64,000 nt of DNA. It comes from a candidate division WOR-3 bacterium (GTDB taxonomy: Bacteria > Hydrothermota > Tepidihabitantia > SM23-42 > CAYGYG01). The stretch's first letter is position 1. Each line of letters begins with the position of its first letter. Below the pieces are notes generated by a model, which worked only from the letters and a program-made list of their open reading frames with translations, did not search any database and was not told the DNA's origin. Below are positions 50,031-59,909 of this stretch, one piece after another. The translations under genes were made by a program, and so were the position numbers. The stretch is from positions 95,753 through 159,752 of the forward strand of contig CBFGIV010000002.1 of assembly GCA_965648915.1 (NCBI GenBank), in the 5' to 3' direction.

Positions 50031-50591
50031 ATGAAGAGATTAATATTACTATTTCCACTTTTTCTCCTTTTTTTATCCTTCTGCAATAAGGAAGATAATC
50101 AAGAAGAACCACCCTCTCCTCCACCACCGGCCAAGAATGCAGTAGACCTTCTGCCCAAAGATAACGAGATCAGCGGCTGGACCAAGAGTGGACAGTTGAG
50201 AACCGCGAGCACCCCTGATGAGTTGACGGCAATTATTAATGGTGAGGCCGTGCCTTACATAAATAATAACTTCAAAGAGGCGGTCTTTCAGAATTATCAG
50301 GGGATAATCGGTGGGAATAATGTGACCCTGGAAGTGAGGATATTTGATATGCGGGATACTATTAATGCCCGGAAGGTTTATAAGGATGTTGCCAATGGTC
50401 AGGAGACGCCCTGGGTAAATAATCATCCGGGAGTAGAGGCGAGGATTGATGAATCCGGACTGTTCAGTTACGCAATCGACTTCTGGGAAGATAAATTTTT
50501 TGTTCGCACCGTGATTCAAGAGAAGAGTAGTGCCTCCTTAGATATCGCTAAGACATTTTCGTTGAATATATCGGCGGCAATTAAAGAATAG
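50031..50591 (+). CDS. Lipoprotein (DUF6599-like)
   Basis: Lipoprotein-like signal ending FLSFC, Pro-rich linker, L...INGEA..Y and VRIFDM. Confidence 0.6.
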   Translation: MKRLILLFPLFLLFLSFCNKEDNQEEPPSPPPPAKNAVDLLPKDNEISGWTKSGQLRTASTPDELTAIINGEAVPYINNNFKEAVFQNYQGIIGGNNVTLEVRIFDMRDTINARKVYKDVANGQETPWVNNHPGVEARIDESGLFSYAIDFWEDKFFVRTVIQEKSSASLDIAKTFSLNISAAIKE

Positions 50592-50593
50592 CG

Positions 50594-51520
50594 ATGATAG
50601 ATAGAATTTCCCGTCGCGACTTCATAAAAAAAGCACTTGCAATTTCTTTTGCCTCTTCCATCTTGCCCAAGGATTTTTTACTCTATGCCCAAGAGGATAT
50701 TCCTCCTGATCTGGTTGTGGCCAGAGGGGAGAAGGTTCAGGCCCTGAGAAAAGGACTCGAAGCCTTTGGAGGCATCGGCCGATTTGTTAAGGCCCAGGAC
50801 CGGGTCCTGCTTAAACCCAATATCTCTTTTGCCAGCCCACCGTCCTGGGGTGCGACGACCAGCCCGGAAATAATAGTCGAGGTAGCAAGGGCATGCTTAG
50901 AAGCCGGGGCAAGACGGGTTATTATTGCTGATTACCCATTGCGTTCGCCCCAGGTTTGTTTTGAGAAATGTGGTCTCAAAAAGGCAATTGCTGAACTGAA
51001 AGAGGTCGATGTCTTACTCCTGACCCAGGAGAGATTTTTTGTTGAGACCGAAATTAAAAATGGAGTAGTCCTTAAGTCAACTAAGATTGCCCGGGAGATT
51101 TCAAAGGCTGATGTGATAATTAACATCCCGACTGCTAAGTCTCACTCCGCAACTGGTGTGAGTATGGGATTGAAGGGTTTAATGGGATTGATCTGGGATC
51201 GGGCGTCATTTCATCAAAAGGTTGATCTCAATCAGGCAATTGCCGATCTGGCAACAATCATCAGGCCCCATCTTACCATTATGGATGCATCAAGGGCCTT
51301 GACCTCAGGTGGTCCCGGTGGACCAGGTGTTGTGAAAACGTTGAATACAGTGGTAGTTGGGACTGATCCGGTTGCGGTCGATTCCTATACGGTCGGTCTG
51401 ACGAAATGGTATAACAAAGTCTTCCTCGGTAAGAATGTCAAACACATCGCCCTGGCGGCAAAAATGGGTCTGGGTGAGATCGACCCAACAAAGGTCAAGA
51501 TCAAAGAGATAGAAGTTTAG
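50594..51520 (+). CDS. Tat-exported DUF362-family protein
   Basis: SRRDFIK Tat motif, VLLKPNI, ATTSP, PTAKSH, GLKGLMG and DPVAVD. Confidence 0.85.
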   Translation: MIDRISRRDFIKKALAISFASSILPKDFLLYAQEDIPPDLVVARGEKVQALRKGLEAFGGIGRFVKAQDRVLLKPNISFASPPSWGATTSPEIIVEVARACLEAGARRVIIADYPLRSPQVCFEKCGLKKAIAELKEVDVLLLTQERFFVETEIKNGVVLKSTKIAREISKADVIINIPTAKSHSATGVSMGLKGLMGLIWDRASFHQKVDLNQAIADLATIIRPHLTIMDASRALTSGGPGGPGVVKTLNTVVVGTDPVAVDSYTVGLTKWYNKVFLGKNVKHIALAAKMGLGEIDPTKVKIKEIEV

Positions 51521-51622
51521 TAGTAACGTCGCGGTTAGAGAGGCCGGGTTTATCAGAGGATCAGGCTACCGGGTTATAGGGGTGTCAGGTTCTGATCGTT
51601 TTTTGGTGCATTATCCTTTAAT

Positions 51623-53107
51623 ATGACTTGGCTCAGGTATATCAGGGTCGCAGCGCAGATTATCTTTTTGGGGCTATTTATATACTTCTTCCTTGTAACA
51701 GCGACAGTTACCCGTTCCATCTTTATCAATCCGTTTTTTTCGGCTGACCCATTGATATTTACGATCAATTCGATCGCCACCCGAATTATGCTGTCCATTG
51801 GTTTACCGTTGATGTTGATTATTTTATCCCTGATATTCGGCCGATTCTTTTGTGGTTTTATATGCCCGCTCGGGATCTTAATCGATTGGTCGGGTTCATT
51901 TATAGGGAGGCATAAGCCGAGAAAGGGTGATGATAGAAAGATTAAGTATTATATCCTGCTCACGATCTTTATCTCGGCAATACTGGGAGGCTCTTTGGTT
52001 TATATCTTTGACCCGCTGGTAATTGTGGGGCGAAGTTTTACTACTGTTCTCAGGTTGATAGTTTCTGTTTTCCAAGACAATGCGCTTCTGCACAATGGAT
52101 TCTTATTTCTGGGCATCCTCTTGATAATCCTTGGTCTGAACCTGATCCGGAAGAGATTCTGGTGCCAGAGTCTATGCCCGCTCGGTGCATTATTTGCCCT
52201 CATCAGTCGCTGGTCGATATTAAGGTTCACCTTTAAGAAAAGTTGTAACGAGTGCCATCGGTGTCGATATATCTGTCCGACCGGCGCCATCTCTGTTGAA
52301 TTAAGAGCAGTATCTCAATTGGAATGCGTCCGGTGCCTGAGATGCCTTGAAGCGTGCAGGGAATCAGGGATTTCGCTTGCCTTTGCTTTGCCGGCCACTC
52401 CGCCACAATCGCTCAATCTATCACGTCGGGGTCTTATCACTTCAATCGGTCTGGGCATAATCACTATCCCTTTATTAAAGACCGAAATATTTAAAAAGAT
52501 CAATCCGAACCGAGTTATTCGTCCACCGGGTTCAATACCGGAAGAGTTATTTATCGATGCCTGTATTCGTTGTGGTGAATGTGTTAAAATATGTCCGACC
52601 AATGGTTTACAACCGGTTCTCCTGCAGCGAGGGTTTGGAGGATTATTCACGCCTCAACTTATACCAAGGATTGGTGGTTGTGAGAGGAACTGTAATGGTT
52701 GTGGTCAGGTCTGTCCGACCGGCGCCATCCGGAAGTTAGAACTCAAAGAGAAAGATTTTGTAAAGATCGGTACAGCAGTAATTCACAAGGAGATGTGCCT
52801 TGCCTGGGAGCAGGATAAATTATGTCTAATCTGTGATGAGGCCTGCCCTTATAATGCGATCGAATCGAAAATGGTTGATATTTTGGGAAATAAATTGTTA
52901 AGACCCTTTGTTAAAGAAGAACTGTGCACTGGCTGTGGTATTTGCGAGTCGAGGTGTCCAATCACCGGACCTTCGGCAATTGAGGTCTTCCCGATCGGTG
53001 AAGAACGGCTATTGACCGGCTCTTATATTAACGAGCAGAAGATAAGATTAAGGGAATTACTCGGACAGGAGTCTGAAGAAGATATTCCTACTGGATTTAT
53101 GGAATGA
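51623..53107 (+). CDS. Membrane polyferredoxin (NapH/MauN-like fused to NapG/MauM-like)
   Basis: GRFFCGFICPLG, RFWCQSLCPLG, several CxxCxxCxxxCP motifs, internal LSRRGLI and IRPPGS. Confidence 0.88.
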   Translation: MTWLRYIRVAAQIIFLGLFIYFFLVTATVTRSIFINPFFSADPLIFTINSIATRIMLSIGLPLMLIILSLIFGRFFCGFICPLGILIDWSGSFIGRHKPRKGDDRKIKYYILLTIFISAILGGSLVYIFDPLVIVGRSFTTVLRLIVSVFQDNALLHNGFLFLGILLIILGLNLIRKRFWCQSLCPLGALFALISRWSILRFTFKKSCNECHRCRYICPTGAISVELRAVSQLECVRCLRCLEACRESGISLAFALPATPPQSLNLSRRGLITSIGLGIITIPLLKTEIFKKINPNRVIRPPGSIPEELFIDACIRCGECVKICPTNGLQPVLLQRGFGGLFTPQLIPRIGGCERNCNGCGQVCPTGAIRKLELKEKDFVKIGTAVIHKEMCLAWEQDKLCLICDEACPYNAIESKMVDILGNKLLRPFVKEELCTGCGICESRCPITGPSAIEVFPIGEERLLTGSYINEQKIRLRELLGQESEEDIPTGFME

Positions 53108-53115
53108 TATCATAA

Positions 53116-56100
53116 GTGATGTTTAATTTCCTGCTTGTTACCATACTGGTGGCTCAGAGTAAGTCGGCGCTTGAAGGTCGATCTTTAATCTTATCGGCGG
53201 AAAATTTTATTTTTATCACGACCGATTTTGGTATCTACCGATATGATAAAAATGCCTGCGAGTGGTCGATGATTACAAGAAAAAATGGTCTGCCCGACCA
53301 TAGGATAAATTTTATCGGTATCGACGAAGGAACTCTCTGGATCGGTACTGATTCAGGTGTGGCTTTTGCGGATTTGAAGTTATTGAATTTCAGAACCTAT
53401 GATAGCCTCAGGACATCGGGTATTGCCTTTGATGATGACTATGCCTATATTGGCGGGACGGGCGGGATTGAGCGTTATGACAAATATCGAGACCAGTGGT
53501 TTTTAATTGAGACGAGGGGAGCAGTTAATGATCTCTTTTTATTAAATGATCAACTCTTTGTGGCCGGTGACTCGGGCCTTGAGATCTATAATACCCGATA
53601 CGAGAAATTTGAAGAACTTTCTTATCAAATTTCTGAAAGGCTGGTTCATATTATAAATACCCAGCATAATATTTTCTTCATCGGTGATAATTATTTTTTT
53701 AAATATAATAAAGAAACTCATACCTGGCAGAGATTGGAACAGTTCTCTTTCAACGACTATGCTGTGCAAGGTGATTCGGTCTGGATGGCGACCGATGACG
53801 GTATAATGGTTTATGATGAAATCATTGGCAGATGGGATCGATATCGCAAGACGGAGTGGTATCCGGACAAGGAGATAACGGCGCTATCAGTTACCAGTAA
53901 AATGCTGGTGCTGGGCAGTAATTATGGAGTGAATGTTATTGATAATCAGACACAGAGTTGCACACGCTACAATCTGACCAGCGGGCTGATCGATGAAAAG
54001 ATTTTAAAGATTTATGAAGAGAATGGTCAGGTCTTTCTCCTCACCCCGGAATGGATTCAGTATCTCGATGATAAAGGTAACTGGAAACGGCAGAAAATAG
54101 AAGGGGAATTTATTCCTCGCGGGCGACTCTTTACCATCGATGAGGCGGGTGGACATTTAACCTTCTCCCCTGATTTCAGGGTCTCACTCCAGGGGCGTGC
54201 GACAATCGAATATGAACGCGAGGACACGATAGCCCAGACAACCGAGATCATCGATGGGCGGATGCTGATTGGTAAGCCCGGTGATCGACAGATGGTGGTC
54301 TATTACGACGATACCGAAAAAGAACGTAAGTTATACGGTGCAACTTATCAGGATCCAGGGGGTTTTCTTTCTCGGGCCCGAGTGGGTAAGATAAGAACCG
54401 AGTTATATAAATCGAGCCTGATGCCACTAGTCTCTTATCTGGGTGGTGGGGGGCGACTGGAGACAAAATTTGCTGCCCTTGACCTTTCCGCGGGCAAGCT
54501 TGGCTCAGCCTTTGCCGTTGAGTATTTTACCGGAAATTCGGATCAACATCTGGTCCTGATCCGTGATATAAACTATATCCGCAATGTTTTTTTTATCATC
54601 GATACAATAAATCCAGGACTTAAGCCCAGGAGCGAATCGGTTTATGTCGATAATCGAAACCCACTTGATAATACAAAGAATACTCTAACTGGTTTTTCTA
54701 TCGCTGGGGTGAGCGGCGATTTTGACTATCAGTATCGTGGAATCGACTATACGGTGGATGAGGAACGGGGTATTATTCAGTTTTTGAAAGCGATCAGTGA
54801 TTCCGCGGTTGTTGCGATTAGATACAATGGCGGTCAGGAGAGAATCCTTCAGGGGCGCGGTCAGGATAGTCTGGAACTGAAAAACTATTATATGTTAGGA
54901 GCGACCAATATTATGCCCCGAACCCTTATAGTTCGGATCTTCCGGGATAATATTGAACAACCACTCTATCTCTTTGGACTGGATGAAAACCGTGATGGAT
55001 TTGTCGATGAACAGTTTATCAATTATCTTAATGGTCATTTACATTTTCCTGCGCGCCAGCCATTTCCTGACAGTGTCTATTATCCCAATCCAGTCAGTTA
55101 TTATAATATTATGGTTTCGTATCGGGCCAGGACGGGTAGCTACATTCTTGCCCATACACCTATTGTGGTAAATAGTGAAGAAGTAATACTCGATGGCGTG
55201 CCGTTACGGCGGGGTATTGATTATATTATAGACTATTCAACCGGTAATCTGGTCTTTCTTGAAAAAGGGCAGGTTCTCCCCAAAAGCGAGATTGAGGTGA
55301 GATATGAATACGAAATAGAGACCGACAGCCTCACCAGTTGTGCCCAGTTAGTTGTGAGCCCGGATCAAAAACTGGAGATCATTCCTGGGTTCTATCAGGC
55401 GGGGCAAAGGGCGGTGGGCAATCTGACATCAGAGTGGCAGATGAACTTAAAATCCTGTAACCTGAAGGTTCGCCCCGAGGCGGGTGTAAATATCGAAGAC
55501 CGCAGCGCCTACGGGGGCAAGATTTCTCTCTACAGTAGTTTCAATCGCCTGAGAGTCAATTCGTTTTATGAAAATTATCTGCCAGGTTTTGAATCATTTG
55601 GCCGGCGTGTCTGTAATTACGGTGAATTGAGCAACCGCTATTATCTCTACAGTAAATATGAATTCACTAACTATCTGAGCATGGATGGCTCCTTTGACCG
55701 ACGAGAAGCACAGGATACATCGCTTGATGCAAGATATTATCGAAGGATCGCCACCGGCGGTCTCTATTTTACCCATCCGGCATTACCGGTCGTTTCGATC
55801 TCAGGAGCAGAACGTAATTATTCGGGTGATGCACCCCAGCCCCACCAGAAGCGCTATTCAGTATATTCCAGTATCGACTACCCAGTGCCTGATAAGTATC
55901 TCAAACCCATCTCGGTTAAGAATTTAAAAATCGGGACTTCTTACTATATTGAGCAAATTAAAGAAAGAGGTCAGATGGACCTGGAGGCACGTAATCGGCA
56001 GTTGACATTCTCTTCAACTTTACCCCTTTCCAATGATGTAAGCCTCTACATCCAAGAAATCGATGAGATCGAAACTGAGGATAATCGACCGATTGATCAA

Positions 56101-57018
56101 AGTGAAAATCTTAAATTAACCTTTCGTCATGATTTTATCCCGGGGATTTTTATTGCTAATTGCTATGAGATCGATGATGTGATTTTGCTGGGGCGGGCTG
56201 AAGCGATTCAGCACCTCGATCATTCGTTTCTATCTTTTGCTAAACTTGGACCGGGTGAATGGTATTATAACTTAAGTCTTATTAATATTGATCTCGGTTT
56301 TGGCCGGATCCTGCAGGTGGCGCGTAGCGGTTTTGACTTACCTTATGAAAGGTTCCGGCTTGACCGACCCGAGGCCGGCGGAGTATATTACCAATCGATT
56401 ACGGACAATTATTCATTAGGCGCTGATATCCGACCCGGGAACAGTCTGATTTTGAATCCAGTTTATACATTTGCTCGAACCACTGCCGGTTATGATGATG
56501 ACCTTTGCGAAACCCGGGAGCATAATCTGATACCCAAAATCGAATTGACCATAGGAGGCAGATCGATGATTACTGCACAGCATTTTTACAAGGATAAGAA
56601 TATAGTTGGGGTTTCAAACTTGCGTTCGAACAATCCGGTCCTCGAGTGGCAGTTGCGCTGGACACCATCTTTCCGAACGCGCCTGAGGCTTTCCACACGG
56701 CGTGAGGTCTTTACGCAGGCAAGGATACGCGAAGAGAAAGATGATGTTGCGCCTTCAATTCAGTTGGGTTATTATAACGATCAGATTTTCAAAGAATTTG
56801 AAATTTTGACCACCCTGGGGCTAACCTATCAGAAAGCGATTAATCTCGTAACAACCGAGGTGATAAGATTTGGACCGCTCTTCGAGTTAAATATGAAACC
56901 AAGAAATTTTTTTATCATCAGGGCTTCATTTCAACCGGATTATACTTATAATTTGAATAATCAGGATCTGAACGAATTTTCCCCGAATTTCAAACTTAAG
57001 ACCTCACTCCAGTTTTAA
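53116..57018 (+). CDS. Large secreted/outer-membrane protein: beta-propeller N-terminus, SprA-like central repeats, probable C-terminal beta-barrel
   Basis: GLPD..I..I....LWIGT..G propeller repeats, GIDYTVD...G and RGIDYIIDYSTG, ELKNYYMLG, amphipathic strands and a terminal Phe. Confidence 0.6.
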   Translation: MMFNFLLVTILVAQSKSALEGRSLILSAENFIFITTDFGIYRYDKNACEWSMITRKNGLPDHRINFIGIDEGTLWIGTDSGVAFADLKLLNFRTYDSLRTSGIAFDDDYAYIGGTGGIERYDKYRDQWFLIETRGAVNDLFLLNDQLFVAGDSGLEIYNTRYEKFEELSYQISERLVHIINTQHNIFFIGDNYFFKYNKETHTWQRLEQFSFNDYAVQGDSVWMATDDGIMVYDEIIGRWDRYRKTEWYPDKEITALSVTSKMLVLGSNYGVNVIDNQTQSCTRYNLTSGLIDEKILKIYEENGQVFLLTPEWIQYLDDKGNWKRQKIEGEFIPRGRLFTIDEAGGHLTFSPDFRVSLQGRATIEYEREDTIAQTTEIIDGRMLIGKPGDRQMVVYYDDTEKERKLYGATYQDPGGFLSRARVGKIRTELYKSSLMPLVSYLGGGGRLETKFAALDLSAGKLGSAFAVEYFTGNSDQHLVLIRDINYIRNVFFIIDTINPGLKPRSESVYVDNRNPLDNTKNTLTGFSIAGVSGDFDYQYRGIDYTVDEERGIIQFLKAISDSAVVAIRYNGGQERILQGRGQDSLELKNYYMLGATNIMPRTLIVRIFRDNIEQPLYLFGLDENRDGFVDEQFINYLNGHLHFPARQPFPDSVYYPNPVSYYNIMVSYRARTGSYILAHTPIVVNSEEVILDGVPLRRGIDYIIDYSTGNLVFLEKGQVLPKSEIEVRYEYEIETDSLTSCAQLVVSPDQKLEIIPGFYQAGQRAVGNLTSEWQMNLKSCNLKVRPEAGVNIEDRSAYGGKISLYSSFNRLRVNSFYENYLPGFESFGRRVCNYGELSNRYYLYSKYEFTNYLSMDGSFDRREAQDTSLDARYYRRIATGGLYFTHPALPVVSISGAERNYSGDAPQPHQKRYSVYSSIDYPVPDKYLKPISVKNLKIGTSYYIEQIKERGQMDLEARNRQLTFSSTLPLSNDVSLYIQEIDEIETEDNRPIDQSENLKLTFRHDFIPGIFIANCYEIDDVILLGRAEAIQHLDHSFLSFAKLGPGEWYYNLSLINIDLGFGRILQVARSGFDLPYERFRLDRPEAGGVYYQSITDNYSLGADIRPGNSLILNPVYTFARTTAGYDDDLCETREHNLIPKIELTIGGRSMITAQHFYKDKNIVGVSNLRSNNPVLEWQLRWTPSFRTRLRLSTRREVFTQARIREEKDDVAPSIQLGYYNDQIFKEFEILTTLGLTYQKAINLVTTEVIRFGPLFELNMKPRNFFIIRASFQPDYTYNLNNQDLNEFSPNFKLKTSLQF

Positions 57019-57935
57019 ATAGATCTCTTGGTTATCCGGGCAATGAAAAAACCACCGGTCATATTATCCTGGGGAAAGATCCGGCAACAGTTTTTTACCC
57101 GGCGGTCGAATTTTCTACCCCGCCAGTTATCTATGCCCGTCCGGGAGATTAAACCCGGCAGGTTTATGGGTAAAACTTCGGCCTCGGGGAATTTATTCAA
57201 GAGATAGTTGATAACCATTTCATTCTCTTCCGGAGCAAAGGTGCAGGTTGAATAGACGAGTCGCCCATTCTTCTTCAATGCCCGGAAACCAGATATGAGA
57301 AGTCCGATCTGAATCCTCGACATCTTTTCGATATTCTTTTCACCCCAATGGTAGAGGACCGCTTTTGACCGGTTTATCGTCGCTTCGGCTGAACAGGGGG
57401 CATCGATCAGAATGCAATCAAAGTATTCAGGCAAGAGCGAGCCGAATCGGTTACCGTTATAGTTGGTAATGATCGTATTGAGGATGCCGATTCGTTCCAG
57501 ATTGAAGGCAAGGGCATTGATCCGATCAAGGCGAATGTCATTAGCAATGATCAATCCTCTATTTTCCATCAATTGAGCCAACTGGGTCGTCTTTGAGCCA
57601 GGTGCTGCACAGAGATCAAGGACACAGTCATCAGGCCCCGGACTTAAAATTAGAGGCGGGATCATCGATACCGCCTCTTGAATATAGATCAGTCCCAAGA
57701 AATGGGTGATGTGATTACCCAGTGGCAGGTCGTCGTTTAAAACAAAACCATCAGAATAGAAGGGAAGGGGAGTGATATCGATACCGGCAAGGAGTTCGAG
57801 GATCTCTTCCCTTGATGCCTTTAACGGACATAGCCGGAAGGTGGTTTTTAAAGGTTTTTTTAAAGCCTCGATAAATCGCTCCTGGTCAGGAACAATTGTC
57901 TCATAACGGTGGGCAATCTCTTCAGTCGATTTCAT
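57015..57935 (-). CDS. RsmB/RsmF (NOL1/NOP2) m5C RNA methyltransferase
   Basis: YIQEAVSM, VLDLCAAPGSKT, ILIDAPCS and VYSTCT...ENE. Confidence 0.9.
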   Translation of the reverse strand: MKSTEEIAHRYETIVPDQERFIEALKKPLKTTFRLCPLKASREEILELLAGIDITPLPFYSDGFVLNDDLPLGNHITHFLGLIYIQEAVSMIPPLILSPGPDDCVLDLCAAPGSKTTQLAQLMENRGLIIANDIRLDRINALAFNLERIGILNTIITNYNGNRFGSLLPEYFDCILIDAPCSAEATINRSKAVLYHWGEKNIEKMSRIQIGLLISGFRALKKNGRLVYSTCTFAPEENEMVINYLLNKFPEAEVLPINLPGLISRTGIDNWRGRKFDRRVKNCCRIFPQDNMTGGFFIARITKRSI

Positions 57936-57976
57936 CCCGTCAAATAATCGATGAGTTATCTTCCCTGGGCTAATTC

Positions 57977-58900
57977 TTAAAGCGCATAAACTGATGCAAT
58001 TAATGATAGATCTTCGATGGAAGAAAAATTTAAGGTCTGAGCCTCAGGCAGAATTCTTTTCACCAGGCCACTGAGGACTCTACCCGGTCCGACTTCGATA
58101 AAGGTATTGACACCTTCCTGCCATATGCTTCTTACTGAATCAACCCAGAGAACAGGTGAGAGGATTTGCACTGCAAGGTTCTTTTTAATAGTTTGACTAT
58201 CTGTGGCAGGTTGGGCAGTTGCATTCATCACGATCGGGATCTGGCCATCAGCGATTTCAAATCCGGCGAGGAATTTTTCAAACTCTTCAGCTGCACCCCT
58301 CATCAGTGGTGAATGGAATGCGCCACTGACCGAGAGCGGGATGACCCTTTTAGCACCAGCCAGTTTTATCTCTTCACTTACTTTTTTCATTGTCTCTTCT
58401 TCTCCGGCAATGACCAACTGGTCAGGTGCGTTGTAATTGGCGATAATAACCCGACCCTCGGTCTGAGCACAGATTGCTTTAATCTTTGACTCTTCCAGAC
58501 CAATGACCGCAGCCATTGTGCCTGGATTCTTGATATTCATCAATTCGCCGCGTTTTTTAACAAGGCGCAAGACTTTTTCAAAATCAACTGCGCCGGCAGC
58601 ATAGAGGGCACAATATTCACCGAGGGAATGGCCGGCAGTGATTGATGGTAAAAAACCTTGCTCTTTTAAGACCTCATAGGCAGCGATTGCCGTAACCGTG
58701 ATTGCCGGCTGGGTAATGCGGGTCTGCTTCAACTCTTCCTCCGGCCCCTCGAAGCAGAATTTTTTAATATTAAGACCTAAAAGGTCATCGGCCTGATCGA
58801 AGATTCTCTGGGCGGTCCGGGAATTTTCATAGAGACTTTTACCCATTCCCACTGCTTGAGATCCCTGTCCCGGAAAGATAAAGGCGATTTTATTTCTCAT
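57977..58900 (-). CDS. fabD: Malonyl-CoA:ACP transacylase
   Basis: FPGQGSQ, TQPA, GHSLGEY, VSGAFHS and EVGPG. Confidence 0.96.
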   Translation of the reverse strand: MRNKIAFIFPGQGSQAVGMGKSLYENSRTAQRIFDQADDLLGLNIKKFCFEGPEEELKQTRITQPAITVTAIAAYEVLKEQGFLPSITAGHSLGEYCALYAAGAVDFEKVLRLVKKRGELMNIKNPGTMAAVIGLEESKIKAICAQTEGRVIIANYNAPDQLVIAGEEETMKKVSEEIKLAGAKRVIPLSVSGAFHSPLMRGAAEEFEKFLAGFEIADGQIPIVMNATAQPATDSQTIKKNLAVQILSPVLWVDSVRSIWQEGVNTFIEVGPGRVLSGLVKRILPEAQTLNFSSIEDLSLIASVYAL

Positions 58901-58981
58901 AAATTCCTTCCTGTCTTTAAGGTTTATATGAACTTTTCCCCTATGCTCAAGGTGCGATCCAGAGGGTTAAAATAAGAATTA

Positions 58982-59818
58982 TTACATCTTAAAGATATAT
59001 TGAATCTTCGGTAGCAGTAACTCATCCAGGGGTTCAAAAAACAGGTCTTTAAGACTCCGTTTTTTCTTTGGATAGACAAGGGTTGGTTCGGTTTTGATGC
59101 CAACTAAATCCCTGAGAATATTTACTGCATCCTGGAATGAACCGAGGGTATCGACCAATCCTAAATCCCTGGCCTGGCGACCGGTAAATATCCGACCATC
59201 AGCAAATTTAACAACACTATCTCTGGGGATATTGCGTTCGGTGCTGACGACTTCGACAAACTGCTGATAGACATCGGTTATGACACCCTGCAAGAGTTTT
59301 CGCTCTTCTTCGGTCATTGTTCGGAAAGGTGAACCGATATCTTTATGTTCTCTAGATTTGATGGTCTGGATACCAACCCCGACTTTCCCCATCAATTTTT
59401 CCAGATTGACAAATTCCATCAGGACACCGATTGAGCCGGTAATTGTGCCGGGATTGGCGACAATGAGATCGGCCGGGACCGAGATATAGTATCCGCCTGA
59501 AGCGGCCAGCGCCCCCATCGAAACAATAATCTTTTTCCTTTCCCGTGCCTTTTTTACCGCTTCAAATATCTCCTGCGATGGGGCAACACCACCACCCGGT
59601 GAATCGACCCTGAGAATGATTGCCCGGATCAGTTTATTCTCGCTGAAGGATTTTATATTTTTAGTAATCTCTTTGGCGTCGCTGATAGTCCCTTTAACCT
59701 CAATGACCCCGATGCGGTTGGTTTCAAAAGCAGCGCGGGTTAGCAGAAGTCCGATAAGAATAATAAGCGCAGTCGGTATTACAACAACATATACCTTTTT
59801 CATAAATTGGAGGAACAT
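58982..59818 (-). CDS. sppA: Signal peptide peptidase SppA (36K type)
   Basis: RVDSPGG, AASGGYY, TGSIGV and ADGRIFTG. Start at 59818 (6 nt after TATAAT) or at 59803. Confidence 0.92.
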   Translation of the reverse strand: MFLQFMKKVYVVVIPTALIILIGLLLTRAAFETNRIGVIEVKGTISDAKEITKNIKSFSENKLIRAIILRVDSPGGGVAPSQEIFEAVKKARERKKIIVSMGALAASGGYYISVPADLIVANPGTITGSIGVLMEFVNLEKLMGKVGVGIQTIKSREHKDIGSPFRTMTEEERKLLQGVITDVYQQFVEVVSTERNIPRDSVVKFADGRIFTGRQARDLGLVDTLGSFQDAVNILRDLVGIKTEPTLVYPKKKRSLKDLFFEPLDELLLPKIQYIFKM

Positions 59819-59874
59819 AAGTATATTATACTTAAATAAATCGATTTGACAAGTATAAATGCAAGTGATGTTTG

Positions 59875-59903
59875 TTGACAAATAGAGAAAAATCGATTAG
59901 AAT
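59875..59903 (+). promoter_or_regulatory. sigma70 promoter of radA, probably leaderless
   Basis: TTGACA-17-TAGAAT-6 nt-ATG. Confidence 0.7.
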
Positions 59904-59909
59904 TAGTGG

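Noticed and set aside
51521..51622. Loose GGGTT.ATCAG/ATAGG repeats in the intergenic gap
   Set aside because: Too degenerate to define a unit or a stable hairpin by eye.
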